The notes under the pieces are model-generated. The model was given only the letters and a program-made list of their open reading frames with translations, did not search any database and was not told where the DNA came from. The position numbers and the translations under genes are program-made. This document shows positions 1-16,835 of a stretch of DNA of 64,000 bases, piece by piece. Numbering within the stretch: position 1 is the stretch's first letter; each line of letters begins with the position of its first letter. The DNA lies in assembly GCF_009914755.1 (NCBI RefSeq), contig NC_060927.1; one strand, 5' to 3'. Source of the stretch: the human T2T-CHM13v2.0 reference genome, Homo sapiens.

Positions 1-1523
1 CAGGTGGTGAGGGTCAGGGCAAGGGCTGGTAGTGGCAGGGAGAGAAGGTCCATTTCTGTTGGGTGGCTGGGGCTGTGGGTGCCGCCTCATCACTTTTGAA
101 GGGAACCAGTCCACCTGAGCATGACACTCACACTGAGGGAAGGAAGTAGAGCCAGGGAGGGGTTGGGAAAGGAAAGTCCAGGTGACATCACTGAACACCC
201 AGATGCAGCCTTGCCTGATGCCAGCTGCCCTTAGATTTTTTAGTTGCATAAATCATTCCTCCTGCTTCGGTTGTCTGCACCACTTTGAATTGGGTTTTCT
301 GTCCCCGGTAGAGGGTTCCTACCATCTGGCTAAAGGGAGAGCCCTGCAGCTGCAACAATGTGGATTTAGGTGAGCTTCCAACAAGAATCCTGGATGACAC
401 TGTGAGACTCCAAAACAGACTCCAAACAAGGCTTTAATCTTGAATTAAATCATGAATTCAAGCAGTATCTGTCGAGGGTGTGCTACAGGCTGGGCCACTC
501 ACGGTACCCAAATGAATCCTCAGGGAAGTAACCCTGTCAAGGTACCAACCCCTGTCCCCTCTTTAGCCGACAAAACAGAGGCTCAGGACATGGAGGGAAC
601 TAGACCACGGCCGGCGAGCATGCAGCTGGACTGCACGCCCGGGCTCTGGCTGCCTAGAAAGCCGTGTGCTGTGGCCAAACCCAGCCGTGGATGCCTGATA
701 TCTGGTCACCGCCACGTGGCTGTCAGGAGACTCATGGCAGCCACCCACATCAGAGGGAGGCAGGGAGAGTGCGGCTTGAGTCTTTTCCAGGACATTTGTT
801 CTTGTCCTGCCTTCACCACCTCCCCACGCCTGTCCTGCCTTTCCCTCCCTCGGCATGGCATCAACAGTCACACTCATGTGACCACACAGACAATCCCCAT
901 TCACAGGGGAAGCCCTGGGGACATCTCCTTCCTCTGGGCCTTAAGAGACTTTACTCCCCCTGGGCACACCGGAGGCCTTTTCAGAATGTGCAGAAAGCCC
1001 ACCGCGTCCCTTCCATGCTGCCCCTGAAACTCATCTCCCACACTCCCTCCTCCATCACGTGGCTCCCACGGCTGCCACTGGAGAGACAGAGCTGACAAGA
1101 AATCCACAGCCCAGCACCTGGAGGCACGAAAAGGCCAGGACTGATAGCCCAGGAGCTCTGCTGAGAAGGAACACAGGCTTCCCACAGAAGAGGCTGGGGA
1201 GGCCTCTGAAGTCTGGAAGCAGCGCTTGGGCCGAAGCGAATCCACAGGCTTTTGATGGCGAGAGACTCTGGCCATGGCAGGGCTAAGGCGAGGTCCCTGA
1301 GATGTACTGAAGGCCCACTGTGGGCAGGCTCAGAGAAGAAAAGGCAGCGGCCAGTCCCGGGAGTGTTCACAGACCCAAAACAGATGGGCAGGAAGGCACT
1401 GCCAGTCAGGCAGAAAGCACCCATGAGCTGCTTCCACCTGTGAAGGGTGGGGGGGCTGGCATGAGCCCCCCCATCTGCTGAGGAATGAGTTAAGGGCAAA
1501 GATGAGTAACCACGCCTCAACGG

Positions 1524-1935
1524 CTGTATCAGTTAGGAACAGGTTGGCCTGCAATGACAGAAAACCCTATGAAGAGTAGCTTAGAACACAAAGGCATCTA
1601 AAGTGTGGTGATAATGATGACATGAAAGACATGAGCAGCCCCGGGCTTGGCTGGTGGCTCACTACTCTCATCAGTGACCCAGGGCCACCCAGCTGTCTAC
1701 TCCACCCCTAACAGAATGTTGATGTCACTCCCTCATGATCACAGTGTGGCTGCCCCACTCCAACCATCACATCTGCAGTCGGTACTCATGCCAGAAGCAA
1801 GGGAAGCATCTTCTTTTTGGCCACTTCTTTCTTTTCAGAAAAGACAATCCCTCACAGAAGCCCCCATAGGCTCCCTCTAATGTCTCACTGGCAGAACTGG
1901 CACAAGCCCCTGCCCCAGCCAGTCTCAAGCAGGAG
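1524..1935 (-). mobile_element. Old MaLR LTR fragment (MLT1K/L-like)
   Basis: Starts TGTATCAGTTAGGAACAGG..GCAATGACAGAAAACC; internal CCTCATGATCACAGTGTGGCTGC and TCTCACTGGCAGAACTGG resemble recalled MLT1 consensus. Confidence 0.55.
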
Positions 1936-2351
1936 GGAAAGAGACAGTCATGACCGACTTGGCCCAACCATGACTTTCCAAATTGAGCTTCCACACGAAG
2001 AAGGCGGAGCGGGGTGGGCAAAGGCCACTGTGTGAGCATCCAACCACACCCTGTCCCAGAGGAGGCGTGGACAAAGTAGCTGGGGGCCCAAAGCGCAAGG
2101 AACAGAACAGCAGAGGGAGCTCTTGCAAAGGGGCGGTTTGGGGAGTGAACCTGGGCGCCCGGGGGCGGGGGGGGGGGGGGTCCTGATCATTGGGAACAAG
2201 TTGTGGGGGAAACACTAGGCAGGACTGGGGTGACATTCTGTCCTGGCGTGGGGCAGGCAGGCAACATGCAGTTACTGAGTCACAGAGAGCCATGGTATGG
2301 GTGCATGAGCAGGAGGGAATCTCAGGCGGGTGCAGACCCTGCACTTTATGT

Positions 2352-2663
<312 letters not shown>

Positions 2664-2921
2664 TAGAGACATAAATACTATCCCTTCACGTGTCAACTTC
2701 ACTGTAAGAGTTCACCCCAAGTCTCTGTCTCTTTCCTTTTCTGGTGCCTCCGCACCCTTCTGTCCTGATTTAGAAGCCAGGAATTTAGCACAGCCAGGCT
2801 AGGAGGGAACGGCAGCACACGACACGGTGGGCGGGCAGTGATGACCCCCATAAAACCTCAGCCACCAAGGACAGCTGCAGCCAAGGGCTGAGCCTGAGCT
2901 GGTCAGAATAACTCACTCAAG

Positions 2922-3210
2922 GGCAGGGCGCAGTGGCTCATGCCTGTCATCCCAGCACTTTTTGAGGCCAAGGCAGGCGGATCATTTAAGGCCAAGAGTT
3001 TGAGACCAGCCTGGCCAATATGGCGAAGCTCCGTGTCTACTAAAAATACAAAAATTAGCCAGGCGTGATGGGGGACGCCTGTAATCTCAGCTACTCGAGA
3101 GGCTGAGGCACGAGAATCACTTGAACACAGGAGGTTGTAGTAAGCCAAGATCAGACCACAGCACTCCAGGCTGGGTGACAGAGTGAGACTCTGTCCCTGC
3201 TAAAAAAAAG
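2922..3210 (+). mobile_element. Alu (AluSz/Jb-like)
   Basis: GGCAGGGCGCAGTGGCTCATGCC start, CTACTAAAAATACAAAAATTAGCC linker, short A tail. Confidence 0.95.
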
Positions 3211-3299
3211 AATAACCTTGTCAATGTGGCAATCCTGCTCCGGGCTGCATAAAAGAAACGTGGGTGTGGAAGTCAAGGGTCCCGAGGGCCAGCCCAGCC

Positions 3300-3535
3300 C
3301 TCTAGAGTGCAGGGTTCAGAGTATCACTGTGAAGTCACAGCTCTGGGCCTCAAAGCTCCAGCACTTGGCAAGTGACAAAAAGCAAAGAGAACCTCAATTT
3401 CCTCATCTGTAGCTGGGAGTATGGTACCTCCCTCTGCAGGTTGGAAGGTAATGGCAGGAGAGCCCAGGGGCTAGCCAGGGATGAGGCCTGCCCATGCCAA
3501 GCCACTGCTGCTGTCCTTTTAATGTTGTTATTATT
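3300..3535 (+). mobile_element. MIR
   Basis: Core CCTCAATTTCCTCATCTGTA at ~3391-3410. Confidence 0.6.
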
Positions 3536-4510
<975 letters not shown>

Positions 4511-4514
<4 letters not shown>

Positions 4515-4600
4515 CCTTGGGTAGGCCACTTCCTCTGTTTGCCTCAATGTCCTCATCTGTACTGGGGTGCTGATAACAGGACCCTCCTCCCCACCCAGGA
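4511..4600 (+). mobile_element. MIR fragment
   Basis: TGACCTTGGGTAGGCCACTT..GCCTCAATGTCCTCATCTGTA. Confidence 0.6.
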
Positions 4601-7600
4601 GAGCACCATAGAGACACTCATCATCGCCATCCTCACAGAGGGAGGGAGGAGGGAGGCCTGGTACGGGGGCAAGGTAAAATCCGGGGGCCCTCGGTCACAT
4701 CCACCCCTCTCCCCAAGCCCGGCACAGCCTGCCTCTGAGCCACCATGCATGCTGTTCCCCATGCATACCTACACTCTGCCACGAATCAAATCATGAATCT
4801 TAAACCAGGAGTCTTGAGGGAGGGTCCAGAGGCCACGTCTAGAATTTCTGAATTCATTCTAACACTTAAGAAGTGAAAGGCACTGGGAAAAAAAATTGCA
4901 GGTTTATGGGTTTTTGTTTTGTTTTGTTTTTGGTATGAAATGGGATTTGGCCTCCTGGGTGACATTCCCTCAAGCACCAGTCTCTGGAGCTGGGTCAGAG
5001 CCATCCTCTGGTTGGAGTTCCTGGTTCCAGGTCACCACAGTCCCCGGGGCTCCCTGGCCCAGGCCCTGTCCCTGCCTCTCCATGCCTGGCCCCTGCAGGC
5101 TTCTGAGTTTGTTGTCCTCACTTCAAGCCTGTGGAGTGTCACATCTGTCACCTGGGAAATGAGGACACGTCAGGCTAGCCTGCTTTGGCTCCCAAGTGGA
5201 TTAAAGGGGCTGAGAATGCAGCCCTGGAGCAGGGGCTGGCGAGACCCTCTGAAGGGTAACCTCTCCCGCATCCTTTCCAGGGGAGCCAAGGCTACAGGGA
5301 AGGGAGAGGTGGCCGAGGCTCGGACCCTGGCAAGAGCTGGGAAGAACCGCTGCTGGGCAGCGTCCTCTGGAAGGCAGCGTCCCCTGTCATCCTCCAATGC
5401 TGCCCCTCACCACCAGCCCCTCGCCTCCCCTTCTTGCTTACTCTGTCTGGGCAGTCCCCACACCCGCCATGCTGGGGGTTGGATTCCAGGGTTAGCACTG
5501 ACAGCTGCAGCCTCTCACAGTGATGAGTGCAGGCCCCCCACATCCCAAAGCGCAGCTCATCCAGCACAGCAGGGCTGTGAGGTGGCTGCTGTTTGACCCA
5601 TTCACAGTGGGAACCTCAGATTCCCAAGGGCCAGGCTTGCCCAAGGCCACACAGAGGACAGAGCCTGGGTCCGCAGGATTTGAAAGCCGTCCTGAAGAGC
5701 AGACCTCCTCCCCACAGACAGGCTGCTCCCCAGGCCATTCCACTCAGGGGAGGGAAGCACAGATAGGGTGAGTGTGTCGTGGGGGCCGGGGTGGGGGGGC
5801 GGACAGAGGACAGGCAGGGACAGGACCAAATTCCCCCGAAGAGCAGAGTCTTGAAGTGCGAGGGGCACTGCAAGCTGGGGAGGAGGGGAGAGGGTGTCCC
5901 CGGGGGAGGACGCAGCCTGTCAAAGGCCCGGAGGGTGATGCACCCTGGGAAATCCGGCTCCTCTATTGAGGCGGGAGCTGTAGGACGTGATGGGAGGTGA
6001 GACTGGAAGGTGTCATCCCCGTGTGCAAGCCCCAGACTCCCCCTCCTGCCTGACCCAGGCCCTGGCAGCTCCGCCTCCCCCAACCCCTGTGTTCCCCTCT
6101 GTCCGCTGCCCCAAGGCCCAGCCGCAAAGCTGGCTCCTCCGCCTTCTGCACTGCCATGTTGCCCTGCCTTGGTGCAGATACCACAGAGGGACCCCTGCCC
6201 TCTACATGATACAGGTTCTCATCACTGAGGGGTACAGTCATGACCTGTCTTCAAAGTTTATAGGAAATGAAAACTGAAAGTAAAAATCATCCAGGCTATT
6301 GATGGTCTCAGTGAGGCAAGGGTGACAAACAGTCCCTAGGCTCCCGGGAACGGTCCTGCCAGACCCTGGTTCTAGAGGGAGAGTGGGAGGAGGGAGAAGA
6401 ATCCGACCTGCAGTGCCCTATTACACCTCAAATTTTCTCTTAATACACAACCTCTAGACCAGCCCTGAATGATGAGACACTTTAGAGACACGAGTGAAAA
6501 ATGAGGAACAAATGGACTATGCACTTTTTCCCAACAGGGTCAAGAAGTTTAATATTTTAATACATATTAGAGTTCCTTTTCTCCAAAACTGCAGGCTGCA
6601 TAGGCTGGAAGGCATCTAAGAAATTATACGGACAAGATCAGACACCTGGGAAGTCCTAAATCTGTCTCCTCACAGTGAGCGTTCAGGCTGAGGCTTGACC
6701 ATGTCCTGATCTTTGCCTTCATTCTGCAAAGGGAATGTGGTTGGTTTTTCGAATTAAGTTTTTAAACTTGTCAGCTTAGCAGGGAACTTGTCAGTTCCAA
6801 ACCCATCTTTCTAGCAATAAGCAGGTTGGACCATGCGTGAGGTGGCCTGTTCCCAAGTTATTTATTAGAATCTGCAGACACCAGCCAGGAAGGAGACAGC
6901 ACACCACATTTCCAAACAAGCGCCTGCATGGGGAAGAGTCGGGGCAGCAGGAGTTCAGGAGGAGGAACAAGGGGTGCCCTGGAAGATATTGGCTCCTGAT
7001 GTTTTTAGTGGGAGTCTCCACCTTCATGCATTCGATCTCCTCACAAGCACCTGGAGAGGACAGTGGGTGGGAGCTGAGTGTGGCTCTCACCCACGGCGGG
7101 AGGGCTGAAAATCACACAGTTGTGGTCCCTGGCACAGCCTGACCCCAGGCAAGTACGTGGGAAAGTGCCCTCCAAGACTGCTGTACTGCGTAAGACAGGG
7201 CTCAGCTGCTGAGACAAAGAGCCCCACTTGAGAGTGGTAAATAGAAATTTGTGTCTCTGGCATTTCAGTGTGAAAGCAGATGGTCCAGGGCTGGCCTGGT
7301 GGGGCAGGGCCAGGGAGCTCTTCTCCCTCATGGCCCTGTCATCCCAGGGGGGCTGCCCTCATCCTCCTGGGCCAGGATGGAGCTGCAGCCTCAGAGATGA
7401 AGTCCCCAGCAGCAGGACAGGCACAGGGTCAGAAAGAAGGGTCTCTGTGAGGAAATATCTCAGAAGTCGACACAAATCACTTCCCTTCCCACGCTGGAAG
7501 GACAGCTTGGTTGTACCAGCAACCTCGTTGCAAAGGAGGCTGGGAAATTCTATGTCTCAGCAGCCACATGCCCACCTAACGTCAGGTATTGGGCTTCTCT

Positions 7601-7890
7601 AAGAGAGAGGTGGACGATGCTATCGGGAGCCCCTGTCACAGCCCCTTCTGCCCCCAGTCACTCCCAACCCTAGTGCATGTTGTAGCAGAGTGTCAGTCAG
7701 ACAGATTGCATTGTGTGTGCTGGTCCCTGAGTGATTCATCATTCAGGGACCAGCTGAAAATCATGGCCCAACAGGGGCTGTTTATTAGATTTGCTGGAAA
7801 ATGGTTGGTGGATGTCCATTCCTAGCCCTGAGTCTCTCTGGCATGCAAAGGTGACAGGTCAGGGAAGTAGGGGAACAGTAGCAAAGTTCA

Positions 7891-8370
<480 letters not shown>

Positions 8371-8479
8371 AGAGAGAGTTCTATTCCTCATAAGTCAGAC
8401 TCCCCACAGACACTGCATCAGATTTGAAAGTAAAATAATATTTCCCAAATATCTAATTAGCAAGGATCAGAACAATTGC

Positions 8480-8790
8480 AATAGTCAGAGTGGAGAGGAT
8501 GCAGGGAGGCTGCATCTTAGATGCTTCTCTTGGAAAACGTATGCGGCAATATGGATTAAGAAACTGTGAAATCTTTTTAGCCTTTGACCTAGTAATTCTA
8601 CTTCTGGGAACATAATGAAGAAAATAATCAGGGAGGCTGACAAGGATTTACATGCCAAATGTTCACTGCAGCATTACTGAAATTGAAAGCAACTTTAATG
8701 ATCTATCAATGGGAAAACAGTAAAGAATAAATATCATATTGCTTTAAATGAATGTTTAGAAATATTAATACACTATTTTCAAATAATAGC
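8480..8790 (+). mobile_element. Old L1ME 3' fragment
   Basis: CCTTTGACCTAGTAATTCTACTTCTGGGAA and ATGTTCACTGCAGCATT, typical of the L1M ORF2 end. Confidence 0.65.
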
Positions 8791-8952
8791 TGTAGAAACC
8801 ATGGAGCTCTCTGAGACATGAAACTTCATGAGTCTCAAAGGGCACTTGTTTTTTCCTCTCAAGTCTCTCTTCCTCATCTGCTCTATCTCAGTAAAAAGCA
8901 CTGCTGTCCTCCCAGTTCTTCAAGTCAAAAATCCAAATTTGTTCTTGGTTCC

Positions 8953-9490
<538 letters not shown>

Positions 9491-10801
9491 GTGTCCAGGC
9501 CAGGCTAGGGCTCCTCTCTCAGGGCTGACCCCCGTGTCCTCCTCAGGGCTCCTGGCTTCCTCTCTCAGCCCAGAGCCCCTGTGCCCAGCAGCCAGAGGAG
9601 TCTGGTCCAGCGGAAGTTGAAGCAGGCACCCCCTGCAGGACTGCTCCAGCAAATCCCCTACCCTTTAGAACAAAACTCCAAGCCCGTCCTGTGGAACTGG
9701 ACTTGGACTGGTGAGGGGTGTAAGAGACAGCCCCTGGTCCAGCCGGCCAGGCCTGAAGGTCCTGGAAGAGGAGAGAAGGTCTCATTAGCAGAAGTTCAGT
9801 CATCGGGGCTGAACTAGGGATAGTTCAGTTTGGAGACCCAGAGCAAAGTGCACTCATAGAGGGCTGCCCTGCCACCAAGGGGGCTGCTCCCAGCCCCAGT
9901 ACCCAGCCTACCCCTGTCCTATGTGTTCCTGCCACTCTGGCTTTCTTCGACCTAAGATGCCTCCTGGCCAATTCCTGTGGTCACACCCAGACAATGGAGC
10001 CCTGCCAGACCCACCCCCTTCAGAAGCTGTCCCCACCCCTCCTGCAGCAGGTGGGCATGCACGGTGCTGTGCGTGTCTTTCCTTTGTAGCTATGAACAGG
10101 TGGCTCTGGATTGTAGATGGTTTCTGTCCTTGTCTCACCTTCCCAGCTGGGCAGTGAGGTCTTTACAGTGGGATCTGTGTCTGAGCCATCTCCAGGAGCC
10201 CAGTGGAGCTTGGCTGGGTGGCTGGTATTCAGGCTCCCCAGAGAGGAAACCACACGTGCAAAGAGATGGAGGTATGAGTGTGCCTGTGGCAAACTGGACG
10301 CTTCAACATGTGTAGTGGGAGGGGAAGGCTGGAGTGGGTGGAAAGGTCATCATGAGGCAGGGCATGGAGGGCCCCAAAGCCAACGGGATGAAAATCGAGG
10401 ACGGATTTTAAGGACAGCAGCACTGGGTGACCACACATTGGCCTGTTATGCATATAGAAAATCCACATGGGGGAGCCAAGGGTCCCCACAACACTCCCAC
10501 CCTGTCCCCAGCCCACTTCTTGCTTCCTGGTCCTGCTCTCTTGTTGCGGGGAAGAAGAATCTTATCTGACTGGTGGAACTCTAGGACCATCCCTGGACAC
10601 CATCATTAGTGGGCAGGGTCACCGCATGTTCAAGGCTGTGCACCCCGAGCTGCCAGACACGCACAAGGGCAGGGCCTTCTGGATCTTCCTCAGGCTCCTT
10701 AGGAACCCAGGAGGAAGCTCCCTGATGGGTGCTAATGGGCATCTGCACCCACAGATTCACTGCCTGACATGGAAACACACCAGGAAGCTGGAACTTACAT
10801 G

Positions 10802-10804
<3 letters not shown>

Positions 10805-10852
<48 letters not shown>
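10805..10852. repeat. (AT)24 microsatellite
   Basis: Uninterrupted AT dinucleotide run of 48 bp. Confidence 0.98.
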
Positions 10853-12850
<1,998 letters not shown>

Positions 12851-12989
12851 GTGCATGATGGAGGGACAGAAGTGGGAGCATTCAGGCATGTGGACAGACA
12901 AGCTTAGCACATTTAGCTCTGGCCTCCTTCCAGAGGTGCTCCCCTTGGATGTGGGAAGTGGCAAGTACAGAGACCAAAATAGCATGCTG

Positions 12990-13350
12990 TGCCAGGGCAC
13001 ATGGCAGAGCACTGAGGCACAGCACTGCATAAGACAAAGTTCCTGCTGACATTCCAGTGGGGACAGGCAGATAAGGGACAGAAGTAAACTGGCTGATGTG
13101 CAGAGATTGGCTAGGTTACTTCAGGTGAGATGATAAGGGAAGAGGAGCTGACATCTGAAGGGGGATTGGACTGAGGAGAACCCATCTGGGGTGAGACCTG
13201 GGGGAGCATGTTCTAGGCTGAGGGAACAGCACAGGCAAAGGCCCTGGGACACTAATGAGCTTGGAAGAATGGAGGTACCAGAAGGCCAGAGTGTGATGAC
13301 CACAGTGATGGAGGAGAGAATGGAGAGTCAGATGTGGACAAGATCAAGAA
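12990..13350 (-). mobile_element. L2 fragment
   Basis: GAGCATGTTCTAGGCTGAGGGAACAGCACAGGCAAAGGCCCTG, a typical L2 reverse-strand motif. Confidence 0.7.
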
Positions 13351-13364
13351 AACTCTTGATGTTT

Positions 13365-13470
13365 TCATTTCCATTTGAGATAAGGACACTGAGGCTCAGG
13401 GAATTTGAGTCATTTGACCAAGGTCATTCAGCTTAGACCCTGGTTTCAAAGTCCTCACTGTCCCAAACAC
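13365..13470 (-). mobile_element. MIR
   Basis: GATAAGGACACTGAGGCTCAG..TGACCAAGGTCA. Confidence 0.65.
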
Positions 13471-13867
13471 TGGACCTGGGTCAGATGCACACATACACAT
13501 TGTGTCACCACCTTCTAAGTACCTTTAAGATTTGGTTGCAATAGAAGCAGATGTTTAGACAAGGCTTACCAAATGTATTTTGGGATTTAGTCTAATTCCC
13601 CATTAGTAGACTCCCTTGCCCCCACACCAATATCTCTGCCTCATCTTCTAAACAGTCAGTTATTAATTCTCTACACAAGTTCACAGAAAACAAATCAAAA
13701 CGCAAAATACACCCAGTCAGATAGGTTTTTGCCCAGTGACTTCAATGTGGCTCCTATAAGATCTTTCTACTTCCCGTGTAAAGAAAGGCCCAGTAGTGCC
13801 TCCGAAAGCAGGCTGAGGGTATCCAGAGGCCATTCAAGGGTCTCAGGGACCCACAATTCATAGGCCA

Positions 13868-13970
13868 CACAGCAGAATGAACACAGCTGAAGAAAGCACT
13901 AGTGAACTAGAAGACCATCCTGAGGAAATTGCTCAGGATACAGCACAGAGTCAAGGAGATGGAAAAGTAA
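13868..13970 (+). mobile_element. Old L1 ORF1 fragment
   Basis: ORF 13877 begins MNTAEESTSELEDHPEEIAQ, resembling the L1 ORF1p coiled coil (LDTAEERISELEDRSEEITQ). Confidence 0.65.
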
Positions 13971-15067
13971 AGTCCACCACAGTCAAGAATGCCCAAGAAA
14001 TCTCAATCATAAACCCAGGGGAGCAAAGGAAGGAAGGAGGACAGCCAAAAGGGCACACTCTCCAAGCAGCGGCTACCACCTCCTGCTCATGTAAACATGG
14101 GCTTGCCTCAGACCCTCTCTCAGGATTCTGAGCAGCCGAGTCTCCACAGACTGTGGCAGAGGGAGAAGAAAGGAAATGGATGTTAACTGAATGCTATGAC
14201 ATGGCATGTGCTGTTCCATCTATGCCTCATTTAATTGGTCCATGGCCTTGAGGCTAAAGTCTTTGCTCCGATTTCATCATGGGGCAGAAATTAACTGTAT
14301 CTCATTGGTCTTCACACCCTTAGTAGTTAGCACAAAGACACAGTAGGTGCTCAATGAAGACTGTTGAATGAGTGTGAAATCTGAGGCTTGGAGAGCTCAG
14401 GGGCTGTTGCATAGTGACATGAGGGTAAGACAAAGAGAAAGGATTTGAATTCAAGATTATCTGCCCCCAGTGCCTGTACTCTTTTGATTCCACAGTGCTA
14501 AGAAATGTCCACTCGCCTCCAGAGGCCGCCGGCTCAGCCCTCAGTCCAGCACCTCCAAAACATGGCTGGATAGCGGCAGAGGGACCCGGCCCAGCCCCAG
14601 CCCGTCTCTCACATTTGGAGCCTGCTCCCATTCCTTCCTGGAGAGAAAGAGTTCAGCTCTGTCTACCTGGCACAGCAAACACTCCCAGCTTTGTCTGCCA
14701 CGTTCAGCAGTTTTCATACCTCCTTGTGAACAAAATAAACTGTGTGTTCTCATTTTGGGTTTGGGGAAAAAGGCCCAGTTAATTACAAAGGCTGCTTTGC
14801 CTTGGTATGGAGACAGAAAACTGGATTTGTGTGGACTAATTACGTTTACTCACACATCTTGGTTCCAGCTGAGTCAATGCTGGTAACCAGGCCCACCGTC
14901 TCCAGAATCTCCCCCACCATCCCCAAACAAAACAGTCCTTGGGCTCTCCTCATTGTCCCAGCCCTGAGCCTTGCTGTTGCCTTTGGAAAATGCCAGTCAA
15001 CGTTCAGAGTCCTGACGGGGAGGCGACCTACATGGGACCACCTCATGCAATATGCTTCTAAGGTCAG

Positions 15068-15354
<287 letters not shown>

Positions 15355-15474
15355 CTAAGTGTTAGAAGCAAAATTTCTGCACTTCAGTCAGCTCATGCTT
15401 ATGAAGGGTACGTGTCTGCCACTGGACACTGGCATACTTGGAGAAATTCTGTTTCCTTGGAGAGACCATATGTT

Positions 15475-15925
<451 letters not shown>

Positions 15926-15949
15926 TGCACAGCATCCCACCTTTGCACT

Positions 15950-16115
15950 CGAAATCCACGTCATCCTAGGCAAGCTGTTTTGTACTTCTCAGCCTCAATT
16001 TCCCAGAGCTGAAAAAATAAGGGCCAATAATAACTCTCTTACAAGGGTGCGGGTGGTTGTGCAGATGAGGTGAGGCCCCCACCCACAGTGAGAACTCATT
16101 GAATGGAACTTATTC
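15950..16115 (+). mobile_element. MIR
   Basis: CTAGGCAAG..GCCTCAATTTCC..GGTTGTGCAGATGAGGTGAG. Confidence 0.6.
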
Positions 16116-16695
16116 CTATGACTGAATGTAGCTGAGTTAATTTCAAGGATTTGACGGAGTGCTGGGGGAAAAAAGATAATGCTTGCACCCTGCAGAAAGC
16201 CCTGGCACTTTCAAACCAGTATCCACATTCTCTCTAGACCCTCCACCCGGTCATTCATTTTTGCAGACTCCAAACTCCACAAACCTCTTCTCTTCCTATG
16301 GTCCCTCTTCCATAAATAAATCATTAGAAGATTCACATTTGAGGGCCTCCAGAGCCTTCCTCTTAGTGGAGTCAAAAGCAGACACATCCTCCCGGGGAAC
16401 AATGAGCAAAGTCCTACACTTGCAAAATGGTCAAAAAATGAGTCATTTCATTTGTGGAAAATGAATATATCTGATCTTGCAAATGTTTTGCCTCAGGGGA
16501 AAGTAGTGAGCGTGAATTCACAAACAGGCTTCTCCATGCAAAAGCACTTCCCTGCTGCTCCGGAGGCTAAGAAAAGCAAACCAGAAAGGTGGCAACTCCG
16601 ATCATTTGAGTCTAAAGAACAAGAATCTCACCAAGCAGGGACCTTGGGGCAGGGCAAGAGCTGGTGGGGAGGAGGTGTCTCTCAGGGCTATCCTT

Positions 16696-16835
16696 AATTT
16701 TTTAAATTTATTTTTGGTAGAGACGGGGTCCGGCTATGTTGCCCAGGCTAGTCTTGGACTCCTGGCCTCAAATGATCTTCCTGCCTTGGCCTCCCAAAGT
16801 GCTGGGATTACAAGTGTGAGCCCCCAAGCCCTGCC
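16696..16835 (-). mobile_element. FLAM_C / free left Alu monomer
   Basis: Single ~135-bp reverse monomer with T-rich tail. Confidence 0.88.

Noticed and set aside
452-1027. 191-aa ATG ORF
   Set aside because: No recognisable homology; overlapping ORFs in other frames and strands suggest chance.
4919-5596. 225-aa ORF
   Set aside because: Non-ATG start, low-information composition, no recognisable domain or exon structure; expected by chance in GC-rich DNA.
9871-9889. CTCF-like CCACCAAGGGGGC
   Set aside because: An extra base breaks the core alignment.
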